64,000 bases of DNA, taken from assembly GCA_958009085.1 (NCBI GenBank), contig OY253668.1, positions 62,001 to 126,000 on the forward strand, written 5' to 3'. A program made the translations under genes and the position numbers. The notes beneath the pieces were generated by a model. It was not told where the DNA came from and ran no database searches. It saw only the letters and a list, made by a program, of their open reading frames with translations. Shown here piece after piece: positions 12,601 to 26,349 of this stretch (position 1 is the first letter of the stretch; each line of letters opens with the position of its first letter). The DNA comes from Protoeuglena noctilucae (lineage: Eukaryota).

Positions 12601-15600
12601 GTGCGAGCGAGGGAGCGGGGGAGGGTGGGGTGACTGAGAGAGAGAGGGAGAGAGACAGGGAGAGGGAGAGGGATAGAGATAAAGAGAGGGAGAGGGATAG
12701 AGAGAGGGAAAGGGATAGGGATAGGGAGAGGGAGAGGGAGAGGGAGAGAGAGAGAGAGAGGGAAGAGGAGCGCACCCCCAAGCGCCCCCGCCGGGTGGTG
12801 ACGGTGGTGGCGGTGCAGCGTCCAGTGGCGGCCGCCCGCACCGCGCGCGAGTGGGCGGCGTGGCGGGGCGGGGTGCGCTCCGGCCGCGTCTTCATGTGCA
12901 GCGATCGGACGGCGGGGGAGTGCCTGAGGCGTGGGTTGTTCGGGGGACCTTTGGGGACGGACTTGTCGGGGGTCAATGAGACCACGGCGCTGTTCCTGTT
13001 TAATTTCGAGACGCGGCTGGTCATGGGGGTGTTCCGGTGAGGGAGTGGGGAGGGAGTGTGGAGTGAGAGTGTTGGGTTGTGGTGGCAGCACTGTGGTTGC
13101 CTCTCGCCACCCTCACACACCCACACCGCTCACCCAGACAGTTCGCAATCACTCATCAACCACGTACAATAATCACTCAACATCCTCACCTTTCCCCCAC
13201 CCCCAGCCCCGTCCGCATGGGCATGAACCTTCACCCCGACGCATGGACCGACAGCGACGGCCATGGCCACGCCCACGCCCACGCACGCAACCGGGGCAGG
13301 AGGCCATCCACACCCTTTCCATGCCAGGTGAGGATGGTTGGGGGGAATGGGACAGTACACTCACCCACTCCATCCCCACTCACCCACTCACCCATTTTAT
13401 CACACATACTCCCTCACCCGTTCCAACACTCACTTACCCACCCCCTCCCACCCCTCCCCCCCTCACAGGTGGAGTGCGTGCAGATGCTGCGGTGTGACGG
13501 TGAGCCCGCCACCCCCGCACCCCCCGCTGTGACGGTGGCGGAGGCGGAGGTCACGGGGATCGTCACAAGACACCGAGTGCGGCAAGAGTGAGTATGGTGG
13601 GGGGGATGGGGCGTGCGTGGATGTGATTGTGGGGGGTGGGGGTATGAGTGTGGGTGTGCGGGTGGGTGCTCTGTGCAATGATACTACTCACTACCTTGAC
13701 CCTCACTGCCACCCTCCCCAACCACCATCACACACACTCCCCACACATCACACCCCCACCCACCTCCCCTCCCCCCCAGGCTTTCCCAAGAGGAGGCCTT
13801 GGCTCTGATAGATCTCATCGAGCATCGCAAATGGGGCAGGGACCGACCGGACATGCGACCGCGGCTGAGCTATGGGGGTGCCGATGAAATGGGCGTCGGG
13901 GGCCAGGATGAGGTTGGCGCGGCGGCGGGGGCGTGGGGGGGGGAGGGGGTGGGTGGGGATGGGGATGGGGGTGTGGGTTGGGATGAGGGCGGGGTTGGTG
14001 GGGATGTGGAGATGGGTGGGGAGGGTGGGGACATCGATGTTCCCATCTATGCTAATGATGGGGATAATGTTGATAAGGATGATGGGGCTATGGATGATAG
14101 GGATGACGATGCGGAGTTGGCGGAGTTCATGCGGAGGGTGCAAGAGAGAGCAGAGGCGTATGCGAGGGAGATGGCGGCGGTGGGTGGGGATGGCGATGGG
14201 GGTGGCGATGGTGGGGATGATAACAAGAGTGGTGATGGTGGGGATGGTGGGGATGGTGACGGTGCCATTGGCAGAGCAAGAGAGGGAGCTGAGGTAGCAG
14301 CGTGGGAGGGGGCGGGTGGGGATGATGAGGGTGGTAATGGCGACGAGGGTGGGGAGGATGTGGTGGATTTGGAGGAGTTCTTGATGGGGTTGGCGGAGGG
14401 AATGCGGGGGGGAGATGGAGAGGATGCAGATCTGGGGCAGTCACTTGCAATCAGGGAGGAGGGGGGTGCGTGGGGTGCGGGGGTGCGAGGGGGTGAGGGC
14501 GGTGGTGGGGGGGGCGATTGGCGGGCGGGGTGTCTGGGGATGAAGGGGCTGGTGGTGGGGAGGGGGCGGTTCGCGTGCCTCACGTGCGGATACGAGGGGG
14601 GCGACGAGGCAGGCGAGTGGAGGATGATGTGATGTGGGAAAGAGGGGGGGGGGAGGGTTGCATGTTCGCGTTGTGTTGCTTGCATCCTCGCTGCCACCCC
14701 CACCCCCACCCCCACTGCCACCCCCACCCCGACCCCCTCCCTCACCACCCACCACCCCTTCCCCCCCACGCAGCTCTCCGCGCCCACGCCACTACCTCCC
14801 GCCACGACGACCGCGTCCTCTCTGCTTCGGGCCTCGTGGCCCCACCCCCCGACGACGATCGGTCCAAGTCACCCTTCTTCTGCACCCTGTGTGGCATGCC
14901 CAGCCGCATGGTGACGCTCGCCACCGCCACTGCGCATTTGCGTAGTGTCGCTCATCGGGAGAGGGTGGCGGCTCATAAGGATGCGGTGGTTGCGAGGCAG
15001 GGGAAGCGGGGCAGGCGGGGGAGGGGGTGGGATGAGGGGGAAAGGAGAGGGGGGGAGATGGGGTATGGGGGGGGTAGCGAGGGGGCGGGTGGGGCGGGGG
15101 TGAGGGCGGAGGATGGGGAAGGGCGGGGAGGGGACGTGGGGGCGTTGGGTGGCAGTGGGGGTGCAGGTGCGGGTGCGGGGGCGGGTGCGGGTGGCAGTGC
15201 GAGTGCGGATGGTGGTGGCAGCGCGGGTGGCGGTGCTTCGGCATTTGCGAGGGGCGAGGCGGCGGGGTCTTCCACCGGCGACCCATATCTGTCGTTCGGC
15301 CCGACAGTGGCGCAGATGGTTGCGCGGTCGCCAGTCACCGCCACCCACTCTGCGCCATTGCCCGCAACTGCACCGGCCGCCAGCCACAGCCCCTCCGCTC
15401 CCCCCACCCTCGCCACCCCAGCCGCTGCGCCCCCGGCACAGTTGCAGGGGCAAACACAGGTGTCATCACAGGTGCAGGTGCCAACACAGCTGCAAGCACC
15501 AACACAGTTGCAGGCGCCACCACAGTCGCCGAGTGTCACCACCACCCCGCTCCACACCCTTCCCCTCCGCACCTACTCCCCCACGGACCCCGACAGCCTG

Positions 15601-18600
15601 CAGCGCGCGAGCAAGGCCATCGACCATCTGCCCGTCCTCATGCTGCAGCCCTTCTGGATGGGCGTGGTGGAGCGGGGGATGGCGGTACCCGATGCCGACC
15701 CCGCCCTCTGCCGCGCAATGGGGGTGGGGGCGGCCACGCTCCCGGCCCCGGGCGCCGCCGCTGTGGTATCGAAGGGCCATTTGCGCGCATTGGGCGGCGG
15801 CATGGGATCGGCCAGGCAGCTGCGGGGGCGGCTGCCGGGCAACGGCTGCCTGGGGTCGGCCCATGTCGATGCGGACTCCCTCACCTGCGTACTGTGCGCG
15901 TATCGCGCAAACAGCCTCGACGCCCTCGCGCAGCACGTCCGGTCAGTGCCGCACGAAACGCTCGCTCTGGCGGCGGCGGGCGACGTCAGATGGGAGGTGT
16001 CGTGGGGGGAGGGGGGGGGGGAGGGGGGCGCTTGCCGAGCCGGCTTCGCACGTGTTTGGGTGCAAACTCTGTTCCGATTGGTGGCCGCCGCGGTCGGTGG
16101 ATGTGGGGGTGGTGGCGCGGCACCTGGGGGGGGAATCGCACCGGCGCATGGCGCAAGTGCAGTGGGTGCTGGAGGTGAGGGAGATGGGGCGAAAGGGAGT
16201 GGTAGGGGAAAGGGTGCGAGAAAGGGTATTAGAAGTGGTATGAGAGGGGCACTGGCGTTTGGCGCAGGTGCAGTGGATGGTCGAGGTGAGGGAGATGGCA
16301 TGGCGTATGGTAATTGGTGGGAGTCTGGCTAGTCAAGCTAAGAATTCTTATTACCACAACACTTAAACACACACGTGCACACACAGACACCCCTGCCCCT
16401 TTGCACCCCCACCCCCACACCCCCACCCCCCCATCTCCCTCCACCCCAGACCCGCCCCGTTCTCCGCCCCATCCTCCCCCCCCACTTCTTCACTGCCCCC
16501 AACCACGACCTCCTCTCCTGGCCCCACCCCATCCACGACCAGCGCACCACCCGATCCCTCGCCCACTGCCACGCGTGCGGACAGGACGTGCCCATCGCAG
16601 ATGCCTTGGCTCACGTCGCCGACCCATCGCACGCCGCCGTGCTTGCGGCAGCAACGGCGACGCCCGACACAGAGCCGGCGCCCGTCATGCGAGCGTCGCG
16701 GGACCTTTCCGGAAACCCCGCGACCGCGCTGCACTGCGTTATTTGTCAGCTCCACATCTGCTACCTCCCGGATGCAAACAATGAGGCGGTGGTGGGGGCG
16801 TGGCAAGGGCACTGCGATAGCGACTACCACCAGCACTGCCTCTCGGGAGCCAACAGCAAGGACCTTGTCGATTCGGCGCCCTGGGGACCTCCTTATGAGG
16901 ACGTGGATGAGGCGATGGCGAGGGTGGTGGAGCGGCTGCCCGTGGCGGCGCTGGGGGTGCGGGTGAGGGGCGATGCGGGGGTGTGGCTAGAAGGGAGTTA
17001 GAGTGGGGTTGAGGAGGGAGTGGGAGTGAATGGAGTATATTGTGAGTGTGAGTAGCGACAGCTGAGGAGTTCTGTGGCAGTTAACGCTTCCTGCTCGTGT
17101 GTTGGCTGCTTGCCCCACGCAACCCATCCCACTCCACCCCACCCTTTGCATCGCACCCCATCCCTGCACCCAACCCACCCAACCCACCCCACCCCCTCTC
17201 CCTTCTCCCCCCAGCTTCCCGACTCCACCCCTCCCTTCCTCGACCCCCGCCCCTTCATCAGCCTGGCAGGGCCGGGCGTGGTGGCCGGGCCCAATGCAAA
17301 CACCTCGCGATGCGCGCTGTGCGTGGGGTCCACGTCCGTCACCAACCAGGATCCCACCAGGTGAAATGAGAACGTGCTTTGCATGTAACACTGATACCTT
17401 TGCTGCCATTCTTAGTACTTACTACTATCCGACTGTCATGAGCCAGGACCCCTAGAGGTGAGACGATGAGAGCGCACGGTGCATGTGGCACTGTTACATG
17501 TGCTGCCACCCGCACTGCCACTGCCACCCTCCCTGCCATTCTCACCCCCACCCCCCCCCTCCCCCTCCCCCCCCCCAGTCACGCCTGTTTCGAGGACCAC
17601 ATGTTCCGCGTCAGGAACCTGCTGAGCCTTCTGGAAGACAACTGGCGTGTCCTAACCGCCAACTGCGCCCTCCCCAACGCCGCCCTCTCCCACCCGCAAC
17701 CCAACCCCCAAGACCCCAACGCTTTCGCCTGTTTCCAATGCATGCGGGTGTTCAACAACCGCGCATTGCTCGTCAGTCACCTGGCGGGGGGCGCGAGGGG
17801 CGGCGCGAGGTGCCGGCAGCTGGCGCGGGCGCTGGCGCAGCACGGGCGCAAGGGCGGGGAGGGGCCTGACTCAGCGGTGGTGTCTGCGGTGAAGGGAATG
17901 TACGAGAATCTGCAGGGCGCGACGGCCAAGGCGGCTGCGGAGGACATGCCCTTTGTGAGGGGGCCCAGGCGGCTCATGTCCCGGCGTGTGAAGAGGGAGG
18001 GGGACGGTGAGGGGTGATGGGTGGGGGAGTGGGTGGCGGGTTTTGAGATAAGGGGATTGGGGTGGGGGTGCCTGATCGCGTGTCGCAAGTTGCGTATTGC
18101 TTGTCGCATATCGTACGTATCACATGCAGCACGTTGCATGTGTGGGGTGCCGTCACACACTACTCCCATCCCTCCCACAACCCCTTTTGTTGCCACCCCC
18201 ACCCCTCTTCCACAACCCCTCCCACCCCTCCCCTTTCCCCAGGCGTGGTGTTTACCTGCCTGCTCTGCCAGAAGACCATGGTGTGCAAGGGCCATTACAC
18301 ATACCTCACCAACCACTGGTGAGACGCTCGTGTCAGTAAATGACTGTGCTGTCTTATGCATCTATAATGATGGATCTCACGATATGTTACTCACTTTCTG
18401 GATCTTTTCATTAATCTCTTAACATATCACTTCACATAGCATCTCACAATCTCCCTCCCCTCCCACCCCCCCGCAGCCTCAGCCCCGGCCACTGCGCCGC
18501 CGTCGCCGCCCGCCTGGCTTCCTTCAAAGACAACATTGGCACGGACGCCGACCCAGGCCCCACCGCCGCCGCCATCGCCGCCCAATCCACCACCTACGCC

Positions 18601-21600
18601 CCCACCGACCCTCCCCACAGCATGGATCCCCTCGCCCCGGCCCACAGCACGTCCCCCGTGCTGCACTTCCTTGACTTGCGCGCCGATCTGGCGTGCCGCA
18701 TCTGCCAGAAACGCTTCCCCACGATCTACCACCTGGTCATTCACGTTCGGTCGATGAGGCATTTGGCAGCGGTGGCGGAGGCCCACGCGGACAATGCGGT
18801 GGCGGTGAGGGCGGGGAGGGTGGCGGGGTGGGGCGTGCTGGGGGAGGTGGAGGGGGCGGGGGTGGGGGTGCAGCAGGGAGGGGGGTTGCTTGGTACGGTG
18901 GCGCAAGCGGGGCAGGGCGGTGGGGATGGTGCGAGCGTCGCTGGGGGTGCGGATGGTATCCGTGTCGCTGGCAATGCGAGCGGCGCGGCTGGTACGAGCG
19001 GCGCTGGCGATGCGAGCGGTGCGGCTGGTACCAGTGTTCCTGGCATTACCAGTGTCGCTGCGATCAGTGGGGATGGGGATGTGGAGGTGGCAGTGTCAGG
19101 GAGCATCTCTAGCATTGGGGAGGGGTCAATGGAGGAAGGGGATGAGGTGGGGGATGAGGTGGAGGGGGGTGTGGTGGGGGCGACAGGGCAGGGGATGGTT
19201 GCCGTGGTCAAGCAAGAGGGGGTGGGGCCGGAGGGGCCAATAAAAGCAGACGGGTCTCTTGTTGCTGGCGGCGAGGGTGCGGGTGCGGGGGAGCGTGGCG
19301 CGGGAGCGGACGCGGCAGCTGCGGCTGGGACGGCGCATGTGATGGCGGCATTGCTACCCCCACCTGCCACGGCCCCATCTACTGAGCAGGCGACAGCCCC
19401 ACCCACGGCGGCGATGGTGACAAATACCGGGGCGTTCTCTGATCAAGAAATGGCTCACGACGCGTCCCCGACGTCCCGAGAGTCCTCCCCACCGCCGCCG
19501 CCCCCAGACATCGCACTTGATGCGGTGCAACCCCCCGCAGGTGCACCGGACGCATTGCCCGCCGCCAGCCTCTTCCCCACGCGATTTCAGTCCCCGCTGT
19601 TCAGTTTCCCGGTCCCTGCGGCGACTGGCACCCTCGCCCAGCCCCCCACCTTCGGCTTTGGCGCCAACACCGCAACCAGCAATGCTGGCACCTACGCTTA
19701 CACGCAAGCACACACCCAAGCGTACGGCGGTGCCTCCACCCAGCCCCCCGCCTACACCTTTACCGACGCCAACGCTAACGCCCCCAGCGCTCTCAGCACG
19801 CCCGCCTTTGGCAGCATGGGTGGTGGTGGTGGTGCGAGTGTCGACACCCCTCGCCACACGTTTGGCACCAACACCAACGTTGGTGCCACCAACACCACCA
19901 CCAACTCTTTCACTGACCCACCTCGCTATACGTTTGGCACGACTGCCAACACCACCACCACCGCCAGCACTGCATTGCCCGACACCTATCGCTATAACGC
20001 CCCTCTCAGCAGCTCTTTCACCCTTTCCCACCCCACCACCTCCCTCAGTCCCTCCCCTTACACCCTCTCCACCCCACCATTGACCACCACCGCTCAGCCC
20101 ACCCCCCCGCTGCCCTCGCACGCACCCCCGCTCCTGCCCCCGCAACCCCAGCCGCCCCCCCGCACCTCAACCTCCCTCGCCACCTCCGCGCCACCCCAAG
20201 CGCCCCTCACCACCCCATCTATGGGCGCCGCGTCCCTCCCCGTGCCAATCCCAGGGCAGGGCTCCGGTCTCTTTAACAACACGCAAGCCCAGGCCGGCAT
20301 GGGAGGGTCGTCGTTTGCCCTGTTCCCGTGGGCCGCGGCTTCGTCCAATGCAAATTCGAATGCAAATTCGAATTTGGGCGGGGGAGGGCTCAGCTGGGAC
20401 GCGGCGAGGTGGCGGGCGGGGAATGCGTGGGGCGGTAGGGTGGGAAATGCGGGTGCGATGGGGGGTGGGGTGGGGATGGCCGGTGGGGGTGCGTCAGGGA
20501 GTGGCGGTGCGATGGGTGGGATGGGCAGTTCGGGTGCGATGGGGGGTGGGATGGGCAGTGGGGTTGGGATGGGGAGTGCAATGCGGGGTAGCGGGGCATG
20601 TTGGGCAGTGGGATGGGCAGTGGGGGTATGTTGGGGAGTGGTATGGGCAGTTCGGGAGCGATGGGCGGCGGGATGGGCCTGGGGTCGAGTGTCTGGCCAT
20701 CACAGGGCACACCGACATTCGGCGCGTCTCCACAGGGCACGGCATTACAGGGCATGCCCATGTTTTGGCAACACCGCCCAGGGCACGCCCATGTATGGCG
20801 CATCGGCACAAAACACACCGATGAATGGGGCATCGGCACAAAACACGCCATTACAGGGCACGCCCGTGTATGGCGCATCGGCACAGGGCATGTGTGGGCT
20901 CAACACCCCCAACATGTTCACCACGCCATCGCCCGCCATGCGTACCTCCTATGCCCCGCTCTATGCATCTGGGTACGGCGTTGGCATGGGCGGGTTCGTC
21001 GCTGCAACCCCGGCTGCTGTGCCTGCGTGGTTGCAGGGCAGCGGGGCGCAGAGCGGGGCAGCTGTGACAGCCCCGGCCATGACTGGGGCGCAGGGCAGCT
21101 TTGCGATGAGCAACTCCGCGCAGGGCAGCGCAGGGGTGACCGCCACCACTACCACTACCACCACCACTACCACGACCAGCGCTGCAACCACGCCCTCCGC
21201 TCTCACGCTCGCCGGCCCTCAGCCGCCCCAAGCGGTTAGGGTTAACCCACCCCAGCCTAACTTAAACGCATCGGCGGCAGGCGGGACGACCTCTGCCCTC
21301 CCCGCCCCCGCTGCGGGGACTGCCCTTTTCCCGTGGTTGGCAGCAGCCACTACCAGTGCACCAGTCACTACCAGTGCACCGGCCCTGGGCTTTGGAGCTG
21401 CATTGCGGCCTGCACCGTCGCCTGCACCGTCGGCCCCTGCACCTCTGCTGGACAGTGCGAGGGTGCCCCTGTCCCTCCCAGCGACAGACACGACAGACAG
21501 AGACCCTGCGAGTGCATCCACACCGTCGCCCGCCCCTGCACCTCACAAACCTGTGCTGGGGAGCGTGACAGGCGGTGGCTTCGCAGCCGTCGGCGTTTCA

Positions 21601-22216
21601 TCTCTCCACGTCGATTCCGCCCCTCTCCCCACCACGGCTGTTCCCAGCCCCGCCACTCCCGCCACCCCCGCCCCCCGCTGCGAGGGTTGGCATCGCCACA
21701 AGCGCAAGCGGTGCTGCACGGAGCAATGGCGGTGGCAAGGGCGGTGTTACACCCACCAGCGCTCCTGCCAAGGGTGTTGGTGAGGGTGAGGGTGCCACTG
21801 CCAACAGCGCAGGCAAGGCCAGCGCCACTCCCACCAGTGTTCCTGCCAAGAGCGCCGGTGCCACTCCCAACAATGGCAGTGCAAGCAAGGCCGGTGCCAC
21901 GCCCACCAACGCACCGCCCACCACCCGCGCGGCCCCGGGAACCGACCGGGGCAGCGCCCGTGTCAGCGAGCGTGAGAGCGGGGAACTGGAGAGTGGGGAG
22001 ATACCCGGCGACGACGACGACGAGGGCAGCGTTGGGGACGGGGAGGTGTCTGCGTTTCTGGCAAAAGTGGAGAGCCGCGCGCGGACTCTGAATGCGGGGG
22101 ACCGCAAGAGGGGCTTGGAGGGAGGCTCTGGCGGGAGGGGCGGGGGAGCGGAGGGGTGGACGCCCAAACGGCGAAAGCGGCGGGGCCGGCGTGGGAGGGG
22201 GGATGACGGGGATCGC
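9606..22216 (+). CDS. Very large low-complexity protein with a DCD (development and cell death) domain and ~10 C2H2/matrin-like zinc fingers; runs into the gap; contains apparent frameshifts
   Basis: DCD motifs GRVFMCSDRTAGECLRRGLFG, LFLFNFETRLVMGVF, NLHPDAW, PFPCQV and RQELSQEEALALIDL lie at ~12885-13820 across three introns. CxxC...H...H motifs occur between 14571 and 18762. In-phase splice sites link the exons. Confidence 0.7.
12636..12770 (+). repeat. Purine-rich (GAGAGG/GATAGG)n microsatellite encoding an (RE/RD)n tract
   Basis: Seen directly; translates as ERERERDRERERDRDKERE... Confidence 0.9.
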
Positions 22217-22416
22217 NNNNNNNNNNNNNNNNNNNNNNNNNNNNNNNNNNNNNNNNNNNNNNNNNNNNNNNNNNNNNNNNNNNNNNNNNNNNNNNNNNNN
22301 NNNNNNNNNNNNNNNNNNNNNNNNNNNNNNNNNNNNNNNNNNNNNNNNNNNNNNNNNNNNNNNNNNNNNNNNNNNNNNNNNNNNNNNNNNNNNNNNNNNN
22401 NNNNNNNNNNNNNNNN
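22217..22416. other. Assembly gap (200 N)
   Basis: Run of N. Confidence 1.
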
Positions 22417-23420
22417 CCCGCCCCACCGCACCACCCTGCGCGCCGCCCCACCCGCCCCTGCACGCGGCATCGCGGGGTCCCAAACGCGTCTGCGTTCGCT
22501 GCCGCATCGTTCCCGGCCTCTGGCCTGCCCCTCCGGTCGCGCTCGGCGTCTCACGCCCCCCGTCGCAATCACCGACCTCTGGTCTGGGCGACGGGGTTGC
22601 ATCTGCGGTTCGCTGGGAGGGGGTTTGAGGTGCGGGGCGCGGCGGGGCCGGTCTGCGCGGGGCGTGGTGAGTGTCGCGCTGGCGATGGGAGGCGTGCGCG
22701 GGGGGCCGGGGACGGGGGCGGGCCGTCGCCCCTGCGGGGTCGGGAGGTGGCGCGGCGCGGCGGGCGCAAGCGGGGCGTTGCGCCGCGGCAAAGGTAGGGC
22801 GCCGCGCCGCGCGCATGAGGTGCGTTGTCCCACGAGGCGAGGGCGCAGGGCGCGCGGTGTGCAGAGGTTGGGGGCGGGGCACGCACAGCGCGAGGGAAGC
22901 ACCACACTACTTGACGGCGAGAGGACAAGAGGAGTGCCTGCGGGGCACCCGATGGACGGAGCCAAGCGCACGCATCCCACGGCGACCTCTGGCTGGCACG
23001 CCGGAGTCGCGGTATGGGTGGGCAGCAAGCAAGGGTGATTTTTCATGCGCATCCACTTTTCCGAAGCCATGCACTGCTTTAGACGATCTTAGACAACCCG
23101 CCCTCGACCAGAGCGATGCACTGATGTTGAATGTCGATGAACGACGCACGGCCAGTGGCACTAGTGGCTGGATTAGCCACGGCACGGAACAGGGCTCTGG
23201 CGTGCCCTCTGCCCGACGATTGACAGCCCTCCCGAAAACGCGGCCAGCAGCAGTGGCCTCTTCAGTCGTTGTCATTGCGATCAGCGGATCGGAGACGCAC
23301 ATCGGGAGAATCACGCCGCAGAATCGGGAAGCAGCTTGAAGCGAAGTCCTACAGCGCTGCGCTTGTAATCCTGCACTCTTATTGGTCATAGAGGGAGGCG
23401 GAAGAGGGGTGGATTGGAGC

Positions 23421-25827
23421 ATGATTGACCCCTCGTTGATCGTGGTGAGCGGGCGTCGCCGCCAGGGCTTCTTTGCGCAATTTCGATGACTCCACGCACC
23501 CATCTAGTTTATTTCTGCACGTGCATGCCTCTCTCTGGCGCTCTCGCTCCCCTCGCGGTCTGCCCGAGCCCTGGCTGCGGCTGGGCCGCTCCCACGCTTC
23601 TTGGCGATCTCTCGCGCCCTTCCGCGATTGTTCTCGGCACAAGGATTCTCTGGGCCCTCGCCGTGCAGCCCGGGACGTGCGACGGATCCTCCCCGATCGC
23701 GTCCTAGCCCTCGGCCGCTGCGTGCGCTCCTGCTGCCGCGTCCCGGCCGCCGGGCCCGCCGCGCCTCTCCGCGCATCGCTCCGCTCCTCCGCGTTGCCAA
23801 TGACCACGCGTTCTCTCAACGCGCGACCCCCGCAGGCGAGGGAGGACGCCTGGGGGCCCCCGGTCGTCCCCGAGCTCCTCCATGACGTCCCGTACGCGCC
23901 CTTCTCCAAGTTCGACCGGCTAGGCAAGGCCGCGGACTGGACGGCGAGCACCTACGGCCGTCCCGCGCGGCGCACGCGCCAGTACCAGAGCGGGCAGCCC
24001 GTCAACACGGTCTTCAACTTCCAGATCACCGATGACGCGCAGTTCCAGGCGAGCGCAGCCGGGAAGCGCGCAGTGATATGCTGTGTTTTATACTTAACTC
24101 CGCGAAGCGCCGGTGGCCCGCCCGCCCGCCCCCGGCCAGCCACAAGGGCGGAACATCATCGGCCCGCCGACCTGCCCCCTCCCTTTCCCCGTCGCCCCCG
24201 CAGCTGGTGGACAACAAGGCGCCCGTGACGCGCCAGGCCGCGCGCGGCCCCGGCGGCCGCCGCCCGGGCGGTCCCTGGGGAGGCCGCGGCGGTCGGTTCG
24301 GCCCTCGGGAGGCCGACCGCCGCGATGGGGGCCGCGACACTGCCCCTGACAAGCGCAAGCCCATGGCGCCCCGGGGCAAGCGCGACAAGCGCCCCTTCTA
24401 CCGCGAGAACGTGGTCCGCGTCACCTACTCGCCCTCCGTGGACGTGGACCCTGAATGGGACCAAATTGAGATGGTACACTTGCCAGCCCTCGCCAAGGTG
24501 AGACGCTCTTACTTTGACAAGACCCTTGGGGGGAGAGGATGGGTCACAAGGTGCCCCTTTGCACACTTTTCTCTTTTGACTGCTCCACCCTCTGCTCGAC
24601 AGTTGTCGACCCCAACCCCCCCTTTGCTAACCCCGCACCCCCAACCCCCAAGCCACCCCACACACACCCCCACCCACCCCTCTCGTGCCCCCCAGCTGTC
24701 TCTGCAAGTCCCGCCGCCTACCGAGGTCGACGCCCGCGGTACCGCCCCCGTCCTCAACAAGGCGGTCGAGGTGGCGGGCCCCCGCCGCCCCGTGGCCGTC
24801 CCCGACGGCCCGGCCGCCCGGTGGCGCTCCCCCCGCGCGGTCGAGGACGCCGTGCTGATGCGGGAGCTGGAGCGCGGCGCTTCGACGGTGGTGGTGACGG
24901 ACAAGGTCCTCACGGCGCTCATGACGGCCGCGCGCTCGGTGTACCCCTTTGACGTCACCATCCACAAGCGCGGGGGCCGCGTGGTCGTGGACCGCCGCCT
25001 GCGCTCCCGCGTGGACCTCTGCACGACGCACGAGACGCACCAGGAGGGCATTCCGGAGGACTACGCCTCGGCCAACGCGGTGCCGGCTTTGACGTTCGAG
25101 TCCGACGCGGTCAACAACCGCTTCCAGGCCATCAGCGCCACCGCGCAGGGGGAGCGCATGGGGCCGGAGCCGGAATTCGAGGGGGGGGTGCCCGAGGGAG
25201 TCCCAGCCAAGGCCTACCGCTACCGCCGGTTCGACTTGGGTGGCGGCGTGGTGGTGTGCGTGCGGTGCGAGGTGGACGCGGTCACGACGGTGCGGGGGCA
25301 GACGCAGACGGTGTCCGTCAAGGCGCTGCACGAGTACGACTTGAGGTCAGGGTGGCGCAACAAGCTGCAGACGCAGGTGGGGGGTGTTGGGTGGGGGTGT
25401 TGGGTGTGGGGGTGGGGGTGGGGGTAGCAGTGTGGGTGTGGGTGTGGGTGGCGTGGTTGGGTGACGTGTGGGGTGACGTGTGGATGGGGTCGGTTGGTGC
25501 GTGGATGTGGTGTGGCTGTGGTAATAGACCCGCGCCATGCCCCACCCTTCTCTCCCCCCCCGTCTCCCCCCAGCGTGGCGCGGTGCTGGGCACGGAGATC
25601 AAGCACAACGGGTTCAAGGTGGCGCGGTGGACGGCCCAGGCGCTGCTGGGCGGCATCGACCGCTTCTCCCTGGGTTACGTGTCGAGGCGCACCGCCTCCA
25701 ACCGCGACGCCCACGAGCTGCTCTCCGTCATTAGCCTGGTGAGTGGTTATGGAAATCGTGTATGTTAACCGTCTGGTGCTGTCTGCTGGGCATGGTTGGA
25801 TGAGCATGATTGGCAGTTGTTGCGCTT

Positions 25828-25858
<31 letters not shown>

Positions 25859-26130
25859 GGCCACCCCCACTGCCACCCTCACCCCCACCCTTACCCCCCC
25901 AGAACCCCACCGAGCTCGCCCAGCAGATCGCCCTCAACATGGACAACTGCTGGGGCGTCTTCAAGGGCCTGGTGGACCTGGCACTTTCCCAGGAAGGCGA
26001 CGGTCTTTTCCTGGTGGTGCGCGACTCGAGCCAGCCGCCTTGCCTCAAGGTGCTGCGCGTGCCAGAGGACGAGTTTGACGGGGAGGAGCCCGAGGGGGAG
26101 TTCCAGCTGGAGGAGGAGGACGGATTCTGA
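23421..26130 (+). CDS. eIF3d: Eukaryotic translation initiation factor 3 subunit D (first exon tentative)
   Basis: WGP...VPYAPFSKFDRLGKAADWT, FQ|LVD, SVDVDPEW, AARSVYPFDV, YRYRRFDLG, VRCEVDA, WRNKLQTQ|RGAVLGTEIKHNGFKVARWTAQALL, LNMDNCWG. Introns 24049-24203 (GC-AG), 24498-24695, 25377-25573, 25739-25902. Confidence 0.95.
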
Positions 26131-26349
26131 CGTTTGGGAATGTCAGATACACTCGGGGGGGATGATGGGAGGGGCCAGGGGTTGGGCGGTGGGTGGTGGC
26201 AGGGCAGGGTTGGGAGTTGGGGTGGCGTGCGCGGTGGCGTTGTGATGGATTTGAAAATCCCGACGCGTTGCATGGCAGGGGACTAGGCTGACTCACAGCA
26301 ACCGCGGCCCTGGGTTGCGGAATTCAAGTCGCGAAAGCGGCGCTTATTG

